A stretch of DNA of 64,000 nt from Paraspadella gotoi (Eukaryota > Animalia > Chaetognatha): NCBI GenBank assembly GCA_051294375.1, contig CM119268.1, forward strand, positions 10,237,607 to 10,301,606. Direction: 5' to 3'. Each line of letters begins with the position of its first letter. The stretch's first letter is position 1. The position numbers and the translations under genes were made by a program. The notes below the pieces were generated by a model. It had not been told where the DNA came from, ran no database searches, and saw only the letters and a program-made list of their open reading frames with translations. Below, one piece after another: positions 53,661 through 64,000 of this stretch.

Positions 53661-54950
53661 AGAGATCAGATGAGAGACAGAGAGCGAAGAGATAGGTAGG
53701 GATTCAAGGTCAAAAAGAGGTTTTAATTCTTTTTGGCGCAATCTCCTTTTCAAGCAAGATTGTATTTATTCTTCGGATTTGTGCTTTATTTTTATTTTTT
53801 TCATTTATTCTCAGTTTTTAGAAAGTGAGCTTTATCAATAATCATAAATCAGACTAGCGAGCAATTTAACTTTTATGAGTAAGGGCAGGATTGGGATTCT
53901 TCGGTAAGGGGCACGTAGAGGAAGGAAGAGTTGAAATTGGTAAAATCAAGGCGGAGGTTACTTAGGGAAGAATCGGTGGAGGGGGACCGTCTTGAGGCAA
54001 AAGTTAAGATAACCTGTTAGGCATCGGAGATTGGATCATGTAAGAAAGTCGCCATCTGGATTCTGAGATGAACTTAGGGGGGTCGGGATCGTTATGCCGA
54101 CGATGGTCTCACTTGTCGAGTGATGTTCTCACAGTGAAAGAAGAATGTGGCTAAAAACTTAAACTATTTTAATAATTATCGCGTTTGGGAAATTGTTTCA
54201 GTTTTGAGTTTTTTTTTTTTCTCTGTTTGAATGTTGAGGCGAGTTTCATGAAAAACAAATTATGGATCCAAATTCAGTGCAGTTTTTTATTTTTTTTTGT
54301 GTGTGGTGTGTGTGTGTTCCATTCTTTTTGAACTGTGCAAGACCTCAAGTCTCACTCGAACATTTATCGTCCACATTCGCGATCGGGTATCACTGAAATG
54401 CTTATTTTATTCCCGCGTTTGCAAAACTTAAACAACTTCAATATTTCAATAAGTCCAGCACGTTTTTTTTTCCAACGCGCTCGTTTGCAGGCGAAACCGG
54501 CTGGAATGCGGAAGCGGACAGAAAGGGTTAAGCATGGAAGGGATATGCGATGCGGATATTGGTTATGGCAGAATTTCGCGGTTGGAATCACAGAATTCTG
54601 GGAAAAATGTCAAAGGACGCAGTCAAGTGGGTTTAGTGGCGGAGAAGTTCGAGGTTGGTGAGGAAGCAAAAGCGAAATGGGATTGGCGATAGGCCGAGGG
54701 CGAGATGGATCGAGCGCTCGACGGAAGTACGAACCTTGTATATTAGAAATGGATACTTTTATTTATTTATAAATATTCGTAAAACTCAGACTTTGCCCGC
54801 GAAACTATGTAATGTTAGGTCACCACTCTCCCTGCAATGTCTGGGTTTTACGACGAGCCAACCGCATTTTGCTACCGAATGGCCCATGGACCGCAACGAT
54901 CCAATCGCGATCTACACTTGTGCTCAATCACCTCGAAATTTTAAAGACGC
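49411..54950. repeat. ~3-kb tandem duplication (about 49411-52445 and 52473-54950)
   Basis: GAAGTAAAAAAAAAAAGTG(G)TCGTTTAAA... starts both copies; both end at ...AATTTTAA(A)GACGC; differences are indel-dominated and there are internal N gaps. Confidence 0.85.
49555..49660 (-). promoter_or_regulatory. Candidate eag promoter element cluster (CCAAT box plus GC box)
   Basis: AGCCAATCAGC on the minus strand (49588-49598; NF-Y consensus), GGGGCGG at 49614-49620 and GTGACGT nearby, in a CpG-rich patch ~1.6 kb upstream of the eag ATG. Motif-level evidence only. Confidence 0.35.
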
Positions 54951-55328
54951 CCGCACAAAACTCCCCTCAGCGCCCAGGGTCCTCCCCCTTCCCCCAACGT
55001 TTCTTCCCCCCGCCCTCGATCCTTCGACATTCGTGGCCTGATCCGTCGGTTCCCAGCTCTCGCGTGCCCGTCGTTTTTCGTCGATGCCATTTTCCGCAAC
55101 GTGCCATCGGCGGCCGTCTGCCACCCGCGCCGATGAGTCGCAGATATTGGCCAATCGTGGCACTTCGATGGGATTCGAAATGAGCAGCGTTGATATGAAC
55201 GCGCGATTCTTGGCGCCGCCAGGGAGTAGATTGACACCCGAGAGAGAGAGAGAGAAGAGGAGAAGAATGAGAAAGGGAGAGCAAGAGAGAGAGAGAGAGG
55301 AGATGCTCAGACGCTGTGCTGGATGCCC

Positions 55329-55372
<44 letters not shown>

Positions 55373-55652
55373 GTTAGTCACCGTCCGTTTCGACCTGAAC
55401 GACAGAGGCCTGGCTAATGAGACTTATATCGTGCGACGGGCGCGGACCAATTATTAACGAAGGCACCAAGATTTACTTGCTCGGCCGGCGCCCGTCTGAC
55501 GCGAGGCTTGTCGCTCCCTGCAACGCGGCGCGCAAATTTTATTCCAAAGTCCGGCATTCGGAGTGGGAGGACGTTCCCGGGAATATCGCCGGTCGCTAAC
55601 TCGTTGGTGCGAGGTCGATTTTTTTTAATGCTCTAAACCGCTGGCGTATCCG

Positions 55653-56202
55653 TCAATGCTGTGGATCACATTTTCCACCGATTGACGTGGAAGTGAACAT
55701 TGAACACAACATGAACAATGTCATGAACACTGATAGATAATAGAATAAATTTGAATTGATGGACACGAGACCTTGCCAGAAAATTAAAAAGTTTTCGATC
55801 TCGCTTAAGTAGTTAGGGTAGAAAATGCTCCTCACCATGCCATAATTTTTTACCAAATATCCTGCAATTAGAAAAAAAATTACAAGAAGATGTTGGCCAA
55901 CCTTTAAAAAAAATGCTGCAAACTGAAAAATTAAGGGTATTTCTTATCATATTTGATGGCATTAAATGATACGCGGAGGAAACAAGTTTTAAATCTTTAG
56001 AGCGTCAGAGTCTACAACACTTCTTTGCATTGGTAAAATTGTAATGTAAATGTAAGAAAAAACTTTTTAGTGAAATGGAGTTTGATAGAATAGATGTAGA
56101 CATGTATGCGAAGAAGTCGCTAATGAAAATATGACGAAAAATCCTACAATGAGGGACTCTTACATCGGGGGAGTGAAAACGGGTGTAACCATTTATTGCC
56201 AC
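55653..56202 (-). pseudogene. Possible degenerate class A / chemosensory 7TM receptor fragment (TM1-TM3-like)
   Basis: INGYTRFHSPDVRVPHCRIFRHIFISDFFAY resembles a TM1-ICL1-TM2 segment. After a good acceptor (ttttctaattgcag|G near 55862), NLFYYLSVFMTLFML resembles TM3, then a stop. Resemblance judged by eye only. Confidence 0.25.
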
Positions 56203-56996
56203 TCTAAATGTTTATAAGTTGTTTCTTATTATACTTTTAACAACTGATACTGATCCTCACACTCGGCTTTTTTTTCCCCATTTTTATTCAATTGTTACGC
56301 TTAACCAAGTCTTTGATGATTCGGCCTGTCCAGATTTTAACGATAAAAAAAACCTTTTCTCGTGAAAATGTTCCGNNNNNNNNNNNNNNNNNNNNNNNNN
56401 TTTTTTTACTCATTTTCCGTCTTCTCGTTGAGGACTCCCGTTTTTCACTTTGGTTTAGGGTCCTTTACGACTCTCGCCGTCTCATTACCAAAGTCGGCCA
56501 AGGTGACTGAAGAATCCTTTCCCGGTCACCATTCGCCTTTATTCCTTATTCATAGCTCAACAGAGCTTTATCACTTTTCTTCGCTCCCTGACTCGGGCGT
56601 CTTTTCACTCTCACAAACTGCTTCATCGGTTCAATGGATCTTATTGCTCACTCTCACTCTCGCGCGGCGATGGCACCTTTTCCTCTCTCTCTCTCTCTCT
56701 CGCTCGCTAGTTCCCAAGGTCGTTTATCAATCTCGTTCCTCAGTTGGCTAAGGAGACTTTTCTTGTTGTGGTCGTTCGTTGGCGAAGGTCGGGCCCGTGA
56801 CTGAACAATAGACATTGCTGGTCCCTGGATATTGAAGGAGCTCGGTTGCTGATTTTCAGCTTCCGCTCTCGACTATAATTTATTTTTATTTATTTTAGAC
56901 TGTTTTTTTTTATTTTTTTTATTTTTTTATTTTTCATTTTATTTTTTTAAATTAATTAATTAATTAATTAATTAATTAATTAATTTATTTATTTCT

Positions 56997-57031
<35 letters not shown>

Positions 57032-58959
57032 TTCTTTTATTTATTCTTTATTTATTTTTTATTTATTTTTTATTTATTCTTTTATTTATTCTTTTAATTA
57101 GTCTTCTATTTATTTTTTTTATTTATTCTTCTATTTATTCTTCTATTTATTATTTTATTTCTTTTATTTANNNNNNNNNNATTTATTTTTTATTTAATCT
57201 TTTATTTATTCTTTTAATTAGTCTTCTATATATTTTTTTATTTATTCTTCTATTTATTCTTCTATTTATTATCTTATTTCTTTTATTTATTTATTATTTT
57301 ATCTAATTAATTATTCATTTTAAGTTTAATCGATCAGTCGCATCGGGTTTTTTTTGTTTTGTTTTTATCTAGCGGCAATGTTATATTTTTATGACGTCAT
57401 TTGTTATATTATAATACGCTACGATATTATTTTAAAATTATTTATATTAAAAGTTTTTAATATTAAAATTTAAAAACAATCACAATCTATCAATAGGTAA
57501 GAAACGAACAAATGACATTCTGTCAAGGAAAGTCCCGATCGAATCAAGATTCAAAATGACGAGAGGAAATCGTCGTCGGGCGAACTGGTGTTTGTCTTGA
57601 CTCTTGCAGGTGGATTTTTACAGAATTTCCCTTCAAATCGTTTTCGGTTGAAATCAGAGGTCGAGGATTTCGAAAAAAAAAAACTGAGAAGGAATTTTGG
57701 TGAGGAAAGACGAGGCGAGGTGAGAGACGACGCTCGACCCTCCACGTCTTCATCGTCGTCATCGTCGTCTCTTTTTTCGTCGCCGATCAAAGTCCTTTAT
57801 CGGGATTCCGATCACGATGACGCCCTTTTGACAACGTCCCTCCTTGTCTACGTGACGACGGCGGCGACGGGGACGGCGGCGGCGTGGGCGGCGGCGACGG
57901 GGACGGCGGCCAAGGTCGATGAAGGGCGGCGACGGCGGCCATGGTGTCGAAGTCGTTGGCGCCCGATATTTTCGTGAATAGCGTCATCAACTTTGGCAAG
58001 GGGCGGGCGTAGTGACGTCATGGTCATCGACGTTTCATCGACGTCCGAAGANNNNNNNNNNNNNNNNNNNNNNNNNNNNNNNNNNNNNNNNNNNNNNNNN
58101 NNNNNNNNNNNNNNNNNNNNNNNNNNNNNNNNNNNNNNNNNNNNNNNNNNNNNNNNNNNNNNNNNNNNNNNNNNNNNNNNNNNNNNNNNNNNNNNNNNNN
58201 NNNNNNNNNNNNNNNNNNNNNNNNNNNNNNNNNNNNNNNNNNNNNNNNNNNNNNNNNNNNNNNNNNNNNNNNNNNNNNNNNNNNNNNNNNNNNNNNNNNN
58301 NNNNNNNNNNNNNNNNNNNNNNNNNNNNNNNNNNNNNNNNNNNNNNNNNNNNNNNNNNNNNNNNNNNNNNNNNNNNNNNNNNNNNNNNNNNNNNNNNNNN
58401 NNNNNNNNNNNNNNNNNNNNNNNNNNNNNNNAAAAATCTCTCGTTTTAAGAAGAAGTAAACAAACCGACGGCGACGGAAGCTAAAACGCGGGAAAAATTT
58501 AAAACGATGACAATGTCGCGTTTTTTGGTTTTTCTTTGAGACAAAAGACGAAACGTATTTTCATATTGACAGGAAATATATAATTTAAAATTGGGTAAAT
58601 CTTCCGGGATAAAATTAATCTTGTTTGTAAAAAGATTCGTTTTTTTTAAGTCTCGTACATAGTTGGTTTTTAGGTTTTCCCCTTTTCTTTCCTCCTTTTT
58701 CTTCCTGAAAAGAATGGGTTTTTCTTTTGTTTTTATTTTTCAGTCGTACGTGTTGGGAATTTGCGCCCTCTCAGCGAGAGGGACGCTTACCGATGATGAC
58801 AAAAGAAAAAAAACACCAAACAAAATAAAAAACATCCAAAAATAAATATAATAATTTTCATTTAAATAATAAAGTATATAATAACGGCTGTTAAATAATA
58901 AATTCTTTTAACATTAAACGAAATTCTTAGCGAAAGAGAGAACGACGAGGTTTAGTAGA

Positions 58960-59100
58960 GAAGGGCGGAACTTATACCGTTTGCAAAAACCGTAGCTTGG
59001 CAGAATGTGCGCAACTGCGCATGCGTGTCCTGTGCGGTCGGGCGTGCGCGCGTGCGACAACCGAAACTTGAGGCGTCAAATCGACCGGCGCGTGGCACGA
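58960..59100. promoter_or_regulatory. CpG-rich patch with an NRF1/Ewg-like site
   Basis: TGCGCATGCG at 59016-59025 inside a GC island surrounded by AT-rich DNA. Confidence 0.3.
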
Positions 59101-59395
59101 GAGAGTCGGTAGAGAAATAAAGAAAGAAAGAAAGAGAGAGAGCGAGAGAGTAGTAACAATTTTTTAATAGAACTAAAGAGAAATTAATGAAATTAATGAG
59201 TGAATTAAAGAAATTGACTTGTTATTTGCCAGTCATTATCCAAGAAAAACTTTCGATCGAAATTAAACTTAAGAGATCGATTTGCAAAACGACAAATCGA
59301 ATGCAAATAGTGAACCGATTATTGTTTCGTTGTTTTGGACTCTTTTTCTCTCGTGTTTCACTCGTTTTGGTCTTCGTTTCTTTAATCCTCCTTTC

Positions 59396-59712
59396 TCGCG
59401 GCCTCCCCTTTCAGTTCAGCCCCTTTTTTCTTACTGCCTCCCCTTTCAGTTCAGCCCCTTTTTTCCTACTGCCTCCCCTTTCAGTTCAGCCCCTTTTTTC
59501 TTACTGCCTCCCCTTTCAGTTCAGCCCCTTTTTTCTTACTGCCTCCCCTTTCCGTTCAGTCCCTTTTTTCTCGTGGCCTCCCCTTTCTGTTCAGCCCCTT
59601 TTTTCTCGCGGCCTCCTCTTTCAGTTCAGCCCCTTTTTNNNNNNNNNNTCCCCTTTCAGTTCAGCCCATTTTTTCTCGCGGCCTCCCTTTTCAGTTCAGC
59701 CCCTTTTTTCTA
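59396..59712. repeat. 35-bp minisatellite, about 9 copies (contains a 10-N gap)
   Basis: CCTCCCCTTTCAGTTCAGCCCCTTTTTTCTTACTG and a ...CTCGCGG variant repeated in tandem. Confidence 0.9.
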
Positions 59713-59875
59713 CTTTATATCCAAATTTACGATTTCAGTTCACGAGGCGGAGGAAACGAAATAAAAAGGAAACAAAAATAAGAAAGGGGATGACGACGAA
59801 GTAAGTCGCGACTTCGGGAATTGCGGTGATACATCACAAAAAAATATCACCGTTTCATTTCCATCTTCGCTCCGC

Positions 59876-59950
59876 CTTTTTCGTCTGATTCCGACTCTAT
59901 AATCCACTTTGTCGGTCTGTCGGTCGCCCCTGATAATTTGGTTGGTCAGT
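59876..59950 (+). mobile_element. Possible 5' fragment of a related HINE-like element
   Basis: GACTCTATAATCCACTTTGTCGGTCTGTCGGTC resembles AACTCTCTAAATCACTTTTCGGTCGGTCGGTCTGTC in the 37.6 kb element; an N gap follows shortly after. Confidence 0.35.
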
Positions 59951-60949
59951 CTCTTAAATCATCTCTTAGTACATCGAATTANNNNNNNNNNNNNNNNNNN
60001 NNNNNNNNNNNNNNNNNNNNNNNNNNNNNNNNNNNNNNNNNNNNNNNNNNNNNNNNNNNNNNNNNNNNNNNNNNNNNNNNNNNNNNNNNNNNNNNNNNNN
60101 NNNNNNNNNNNNNNNNNNNNNNNNNNNNNNNNNNNNNNNNNNNNNNNNNNNNNNNNNNNNNNNNNNNNNNNNNNNNNNNNNNNNNNNNNNNNNNNNNNNN
60201 NNNNNNNNNNNNNNNNNNNNNNNNNNNNNNNNNNNNNNNNNTTTTTATATATATTCTTTTTTCTATATTAAAAAAGAAAAAGCAACAACATATTACTGAA
60301 AAAGAAATAAAAATAAGAAATGTTAGAAAAGAACCATAAATTATAAATATTAAAATTAAAATGAAATAAATTAAAAAATATTTAAAATTTATCATAATTT
60401 GTCACGTGATTAGATACTTACGGCTAAATTATCGTGGGCAGATCCGACATTGTTTGATCAAACTTGTTTTGAAAGAGAGAGAGAGTAACGAGGTAACCCT
60501 TTCCTCGGGGGGGGGGGGGTGGCCCTCAACACTCAACTATACTAAATATATTTTTATTTAAAAAATTTTTGATAAAATAATTTTTTTATTTTTTCTCGTT
60601 TTCTCATTTACAAGATAATTTCTTATGCAGCTTGTAAATTTCCTCAGAATTCACAAGGTGAAGTGGACCAAGAAGAGAGAGGGTTGCCATACCTTCTCTG
60701 TTGAGTGTGGAACAGCCCAATTACTAAAGGGTAGCAAAAAATATTGAAATCAAGGAGAATCAAATTCAAATAGTTATGATTATGTTACAGGCTGACCTGT
60801 GAAGATTTTAAATAAAACAAATATAACATATGTAACTGCTTGCCCATAAGTGCGTCGTCATTGTTCGTCTGTTATTATCGCGTTCATTTATAAATTCACT
60901 TCACTCTACGCGACCGTCTATAGTGCGCGTTCTCCTCTATGCTAAATGA

Positions 60950-61410
60950 CTCAAGCTGGGAAAAGTTATGCTTGGTTAAAATTCTTCACTCTGGAGAAGT
61001 TTCCTTCTTGATAAATGCTTAATCCTGCGCGGAAAAGTTGTCTCCTTGATAAATGCTACATCTAGGGGAAAAGTTGTCTCCTTCTTGATAAATGCTAACA
61101 TCTGCTCATCTAGGAAAAGTTGTCTCCTTGATAAATGCTACATTCTTGGGAAAAGTATTTCCTTCTTTGATTAAATGTTATATCCAGGGAAAAGTTGTCT
61201 CGTTCCCATAAAAAATGCTCATAAGGGGAAAGTTGTCTTCTTTTTGATATTGCTACATTTTGGAATAAGTTGTCTCCTTCTTGAGAAATGCCAATAAGGG
61301 AAATTTGTCTTCTTGATATTGCTACCCTTTTGGGAAAATTTGTTTCCTTTCTTGAGAATGCTCAATCTGGGGCAAAAGTTGTAATTCCTTCATTGATATA
61401 AATGCTCAAT
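60950..61410. repeat. Degenerate ~33-45-bp minisatellite GGAAAAGTTGTCTCCTT(CTT)GATAAATGCT; related units at about 63770-63875
   Basis: About a dozen imperfect tandem units, with the same motif again near the window end. Confidence 0.85.
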
Positions 61411-62499
61411 GGCAGATCTCGTCGTATAATTCTTTCCAAAATTCTTTTACCTCCCGATTTTTGTTTGCCCTTTGTACTTCTCTTTCATTTCACAACAGCA
61501 ATTGATTATAATATTCGGGATCACACGCATTTTTTTCAATTCATAAAAAAATAGCAAATCGCGAGCTGTTGATTGGTCAATAATCGGTCACGTTGACCTT
61601 GAAATCTTTGTATGTTTAAAGATTTTTAGGCTTAAAAAAGTTATTGATGAATTATTTTTGCACAAAACAATTGACAAAGATTTTTAAACATATTCAACCA
61701 GAAAAAAAAGTAAACAGTTAAAAAGTTAAGAAGTGACTGAAACAAAGCAAAAGAAAGCCAAACTCATCAACGGGAAATAATACTTGAATTTCTTTCTTTA
61801 ATATTTTGCTTCTTTTCTCTCATCTTTCTCTCTCTCTTACTTAACGTGCATATCTCTCTTCTTTCTTTTTCGCTAATCTCACTCCCTTGTCTTTTCTTCT
61901 TCCTTTTTGTATCATAAACTGCCCACTTTCCTAACTCGTTTAAGACTTATTTTTTTTTCCCCCCAAGTTGAAATGACCTTCCCTAATTTGCCTTCTACCT
62001 CCCCCCGTGAGGCTCAATATCCATTCTTTCTCTTACTCTCTTTTTTATATATATCCTTCCATATCTTTGCTTTTTCTTTCCATCTTTCCAATTCGTCTGT
62101 TTGATGCGGGAGGCAAAGTTTTTTTATTAACAATCAAATTTTAAAAATCAAAACCCAAAAAATTTATTTAGTAAATGTGCAGACTTTATTGTTTGATTTA
62201 TTTTAACAATTATATTCTTTTTCTCTTCTTCTCTTCTCTTTCTCTCTCTCTTTCTCTGTTGAAAGAGCAATCTTTAAAAAATTGAGAAAAATCTATTTGC
62301 TTCATCTCTCTCTCACCCGGGATTCCTCAAATTTTTTTCTGTCCGTCAATATTTTCACCATATTTTATAAGTCGATTTTAGGAGGGAAAACGAGAATACT
62401 TTTCAGTCCTGTTTTTAGATTCAATCAGAAAAACGGGTCTGCTTTGTTTTTGGATCCAGTTTTTTAGTTTTTTTTTCGGTGATACTCTCCTTAAAGTTT

Positions 62500-62985
62500 T
62501 TATTCAATACAAAAAACATATATTATGAATTCCCATGTCAGAACGGGAGGATGTTGGATGCCATTCTCCACTAGCGAAAGAATAAGTCGCAATCGGTCAT
62601 AAATGTTTCTCACAGGAAATGGGTATATCGCTGGATTTAACCTCATCTACCAAGGTCATCAACGAATTCATCAGATTCGTTGAAGATAAATAAAAATATT
62701 TGGTGGAAAGACTCAAAGTTTTCAAATACTAATTTTTGATAAATGTCTATGAATGAGCTTATTATAAATATAATAAGTGTAAACTGGAGTTTAGCCAACA
62801 ATTGCCAGCCCACAACTTTCATAGTTTTAATTTTGCTTCCCAAATCAGTTCTGTCCCACATACCAAACTCTTATATGTGGGAAAACAAAACTAAAAACTC
62901 GACAAAACCAATCGCTATATTTGAAAAGGAAGACCTATCATTAAATTTGCAAAAAACAATGAATGGAAAATATCTTGTTTGATTT
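62500..62985 (-). pseudogene. Possible degenerate 7TM receptor fragment (TM5-TM7-like)
   Basis: Frame-broken hydrophobic segments IFHSLFFANLMIGLPFQI, LAKLQFTLIIFIISSFIDIY and LNPAIYPF (NPxxY-like). Resemblance judged by eye only. Confidence 0.2.
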
Positions 62986-64000
62986 TCATTTCATTCAACT
63001 GCAAATGAGAAACCAAAAAACCCGTGTTACATCGTTCTCTCTCTCTCTCACTATGACATAGATTTCACTAGGAGTCCCAGTAAAATTGATTTTGTATCAG
63101 GCATAAACTCTCTTTCATTCTATATTTTTTAAAAACATCTGGTGAATGATAGGACATATTAAGGAATAATTTATAACAGGGTCTTTACAAGTTAATTACA
63201 ATTAAAATAAAAATTGATACATAGTTTTGATGACGATATTGAACCTTATCACCCATCATCAACTTGGGTTTTTTAATTATAAGCATAATCTTGTCTCTTT
63301 CCAGGACTATAGCGCAAAATTACAACAAAAGCTGGAGCCTTTTTTGGTATCAAGGAGCCAGTGCACTATTTTTTTACTCTTTAAATCTTTCTCACTCTCT
63401 TCCACAATTTACTTATCTCTTTTTCATGTCTTTGTTAAGTTATTTTAATGCTTGATTGTGAATCAAAAAAAAAAACTTTACAATCTATGAAATAATAATA
63501 ATTTTTTAAATTATTTAATTGAAAGACATTTATTTGGCAATTATAACATTTGGGATAGAAAGGAACATAAAGAGATGAAAGAAAAAAAAATCCCAATTAA
63601 AATTATGTATTCTTAATCTCATTTTGCATATTATAATTTTTGCATATAGTGAAAAATGCCTAATGTGCTGTAATAGTTATAAAAAGTTAGTTTCATATTT
63701 TATTCTAGTCCATTGACTGTAACCAAATAACCGAGAGGTGAAAACCTTAATCCTTACTCGATTCACCTTAATGCTCAATCTGGGGAATTGTTCTCTCCTT
63801 CTTGATAAATGCTTTTCTGGAGAACTTTTGTATCTTTTGATAAATGCTCAATTTGGGGAAAAATTATCTCCTACCCTGTGAGCCAAATGCCAAATGAAAC
63901 GAAAGGAAACCACTTGCCATACTTTACTTTAGTTGAGATAGACTTACTCATTTAAAATGATAAAATAACTACTTGACAATTTGTATGTATTAAATTATTT

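Noticed and set aside
58456-58470. 15-mer GTAAACAAACCGACG shared with the sequence just upstream of the eag ATG (48008-48022)
   Set aside because: A 15-nt match is expected by chance in 64 kb of low-complexity DNA.

Overview
Microsatellite-rich animal (probably invertebrate) genomic DNA from a noisy, gap-filled draft assembly; nothing here is prokaryotic. The one firmly identifiable protein-coding gene is an ether-a-go-go (Eag/KCNH1/5-type, Kv10) potassium channel on the minus strand. Its coding exon 1 (47897-47975) and PAS-domain exon 2 (8526-8756) splice in frame across a ~39 kb intron; later exons were not found in the window. Nested antisense in that intron are two elongator tRNA-Met(CAT) genes that both carry canonical 37/38 introns (14 and 11 nt), which is unusual for animals. 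Just after the second tRNA is a 124-nt insertion flanked by a 13-bp direct repeat that contains a minimal Penelope/retrozyme-type hammerhead ribozyme. The window also has a HINE/Helentron-like element, a dispersed ~190-bp repeat, several minisatellites and possible decayed 7TM-receptor fragments. Large tandem 'duplications' (about 9.1-21 kb vs 21.5-30.1 kb, 42.3-45.3 kb, 49.4-55 kb) show indel noise and 25-N gaps typical of long-read gap-filling and are probably artefacts. Almost all listed ORFs are translations of microsatellites.
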